From the NCBI GenBank assembly GCA_050575255.1, contig JBNZDD010013714.1, positions 7,660,412 through 7,724,411 of the forward strand: a stretch of 64,000 bases of DNA. Direction: 5' to 3'. Numbering within the stretch: the stretch's first letter is position 1; every line of letters begins with the position of its first letter. Made by a program: the position numbers and the translations under genes. Origin of the DNA: Harriotta raleighana (lineage: Eukaryota). The notes beneath the pieces were generated by a model. That model searched no databases, was not told where the DNA came from, and worked only from the letters and a program-made list of their open reading frames with translations. Positions 63,538 through 64,000 of this stretch are shown piece by piece.

Positions 63538-64000
63538 AGTGTGAAGGAAGCTATTAAAATTGAAAAAGAATGTTTCCCGAGCCTTTGTTTGATTGCTCAC
63601 AAACCAATGAGATGAAGAACTACTGTAAATCACTTTGAACTGCATCATCAGGCCATGAATGGAATGTTGTTATGATGAGAATGATACCAGCTCTGCCCCA
63701 ACTCAAGATTTGCCAAACATATTTTTTCACTGCCTCATAAACCAAAGAGAGGGAAGTACTGCTGTAGTGATCCACAAAGATAGTTTATTGGATATTAATT
63801 CTTATAAGTAAGGTCTACCAGAAATTTAGATGAAATGTATTACACTATAATTTTTTTTAAAATAAAAAGTATATAAAAATGCTCTTTTAGTGTGTTAATC
63901 TAATGAATTTAAACATTAAATTTCTACTGGGAAATACTATTTAAAAGGTACTAGTTGCTAATGATTTGAATAATACCCTAAAATTTGATAGTAAACCAGT

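Overview
This is AT-rich, CpG-depleted vertebrate DNA with no recognisable host protein-coding gene, so it looks like a long intron or intergenic region. The repeat content points to a cartilaginous fish, most likely a chimaera (Callorhinchus/Hydrolagus-like; inference from recalled repeat families). That content is tRNA-headed Deu-domain SINEs with L2-type ...ATCAAATGCAAGGATTATT tails, older SacSINE1-like DeuSINEs, CR1 and L2 3' fragments, a Penelope-type terminus and a Tigger/pogo MITE. The only ORFs with real protein similarity are LINE reverse-transcriptase remnants (CR1 at 34.6-35.5 kb and 58.3-59.1 kb, L2 at 6.9 kb). I found no convincing new multi-gene system. Best leads: a 67-nt pre-miRNA-like hairpin (49873-49939), an ancient Eulor-like palindrome beside a CNE-like block (56146-56460), a degenerate hammerhead ribozyme core in a Penelope end (44706-44734), several candidate microexons, enhancer-like repeat-free blocks, and a CR1 with an apparently inverted 3' half. 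The two single-N positions mark probable assembly joins, one of which creates a false ~235-bp tandem duplication. Family names come from memory, not from a database search, and repeat boundaries are approximate.
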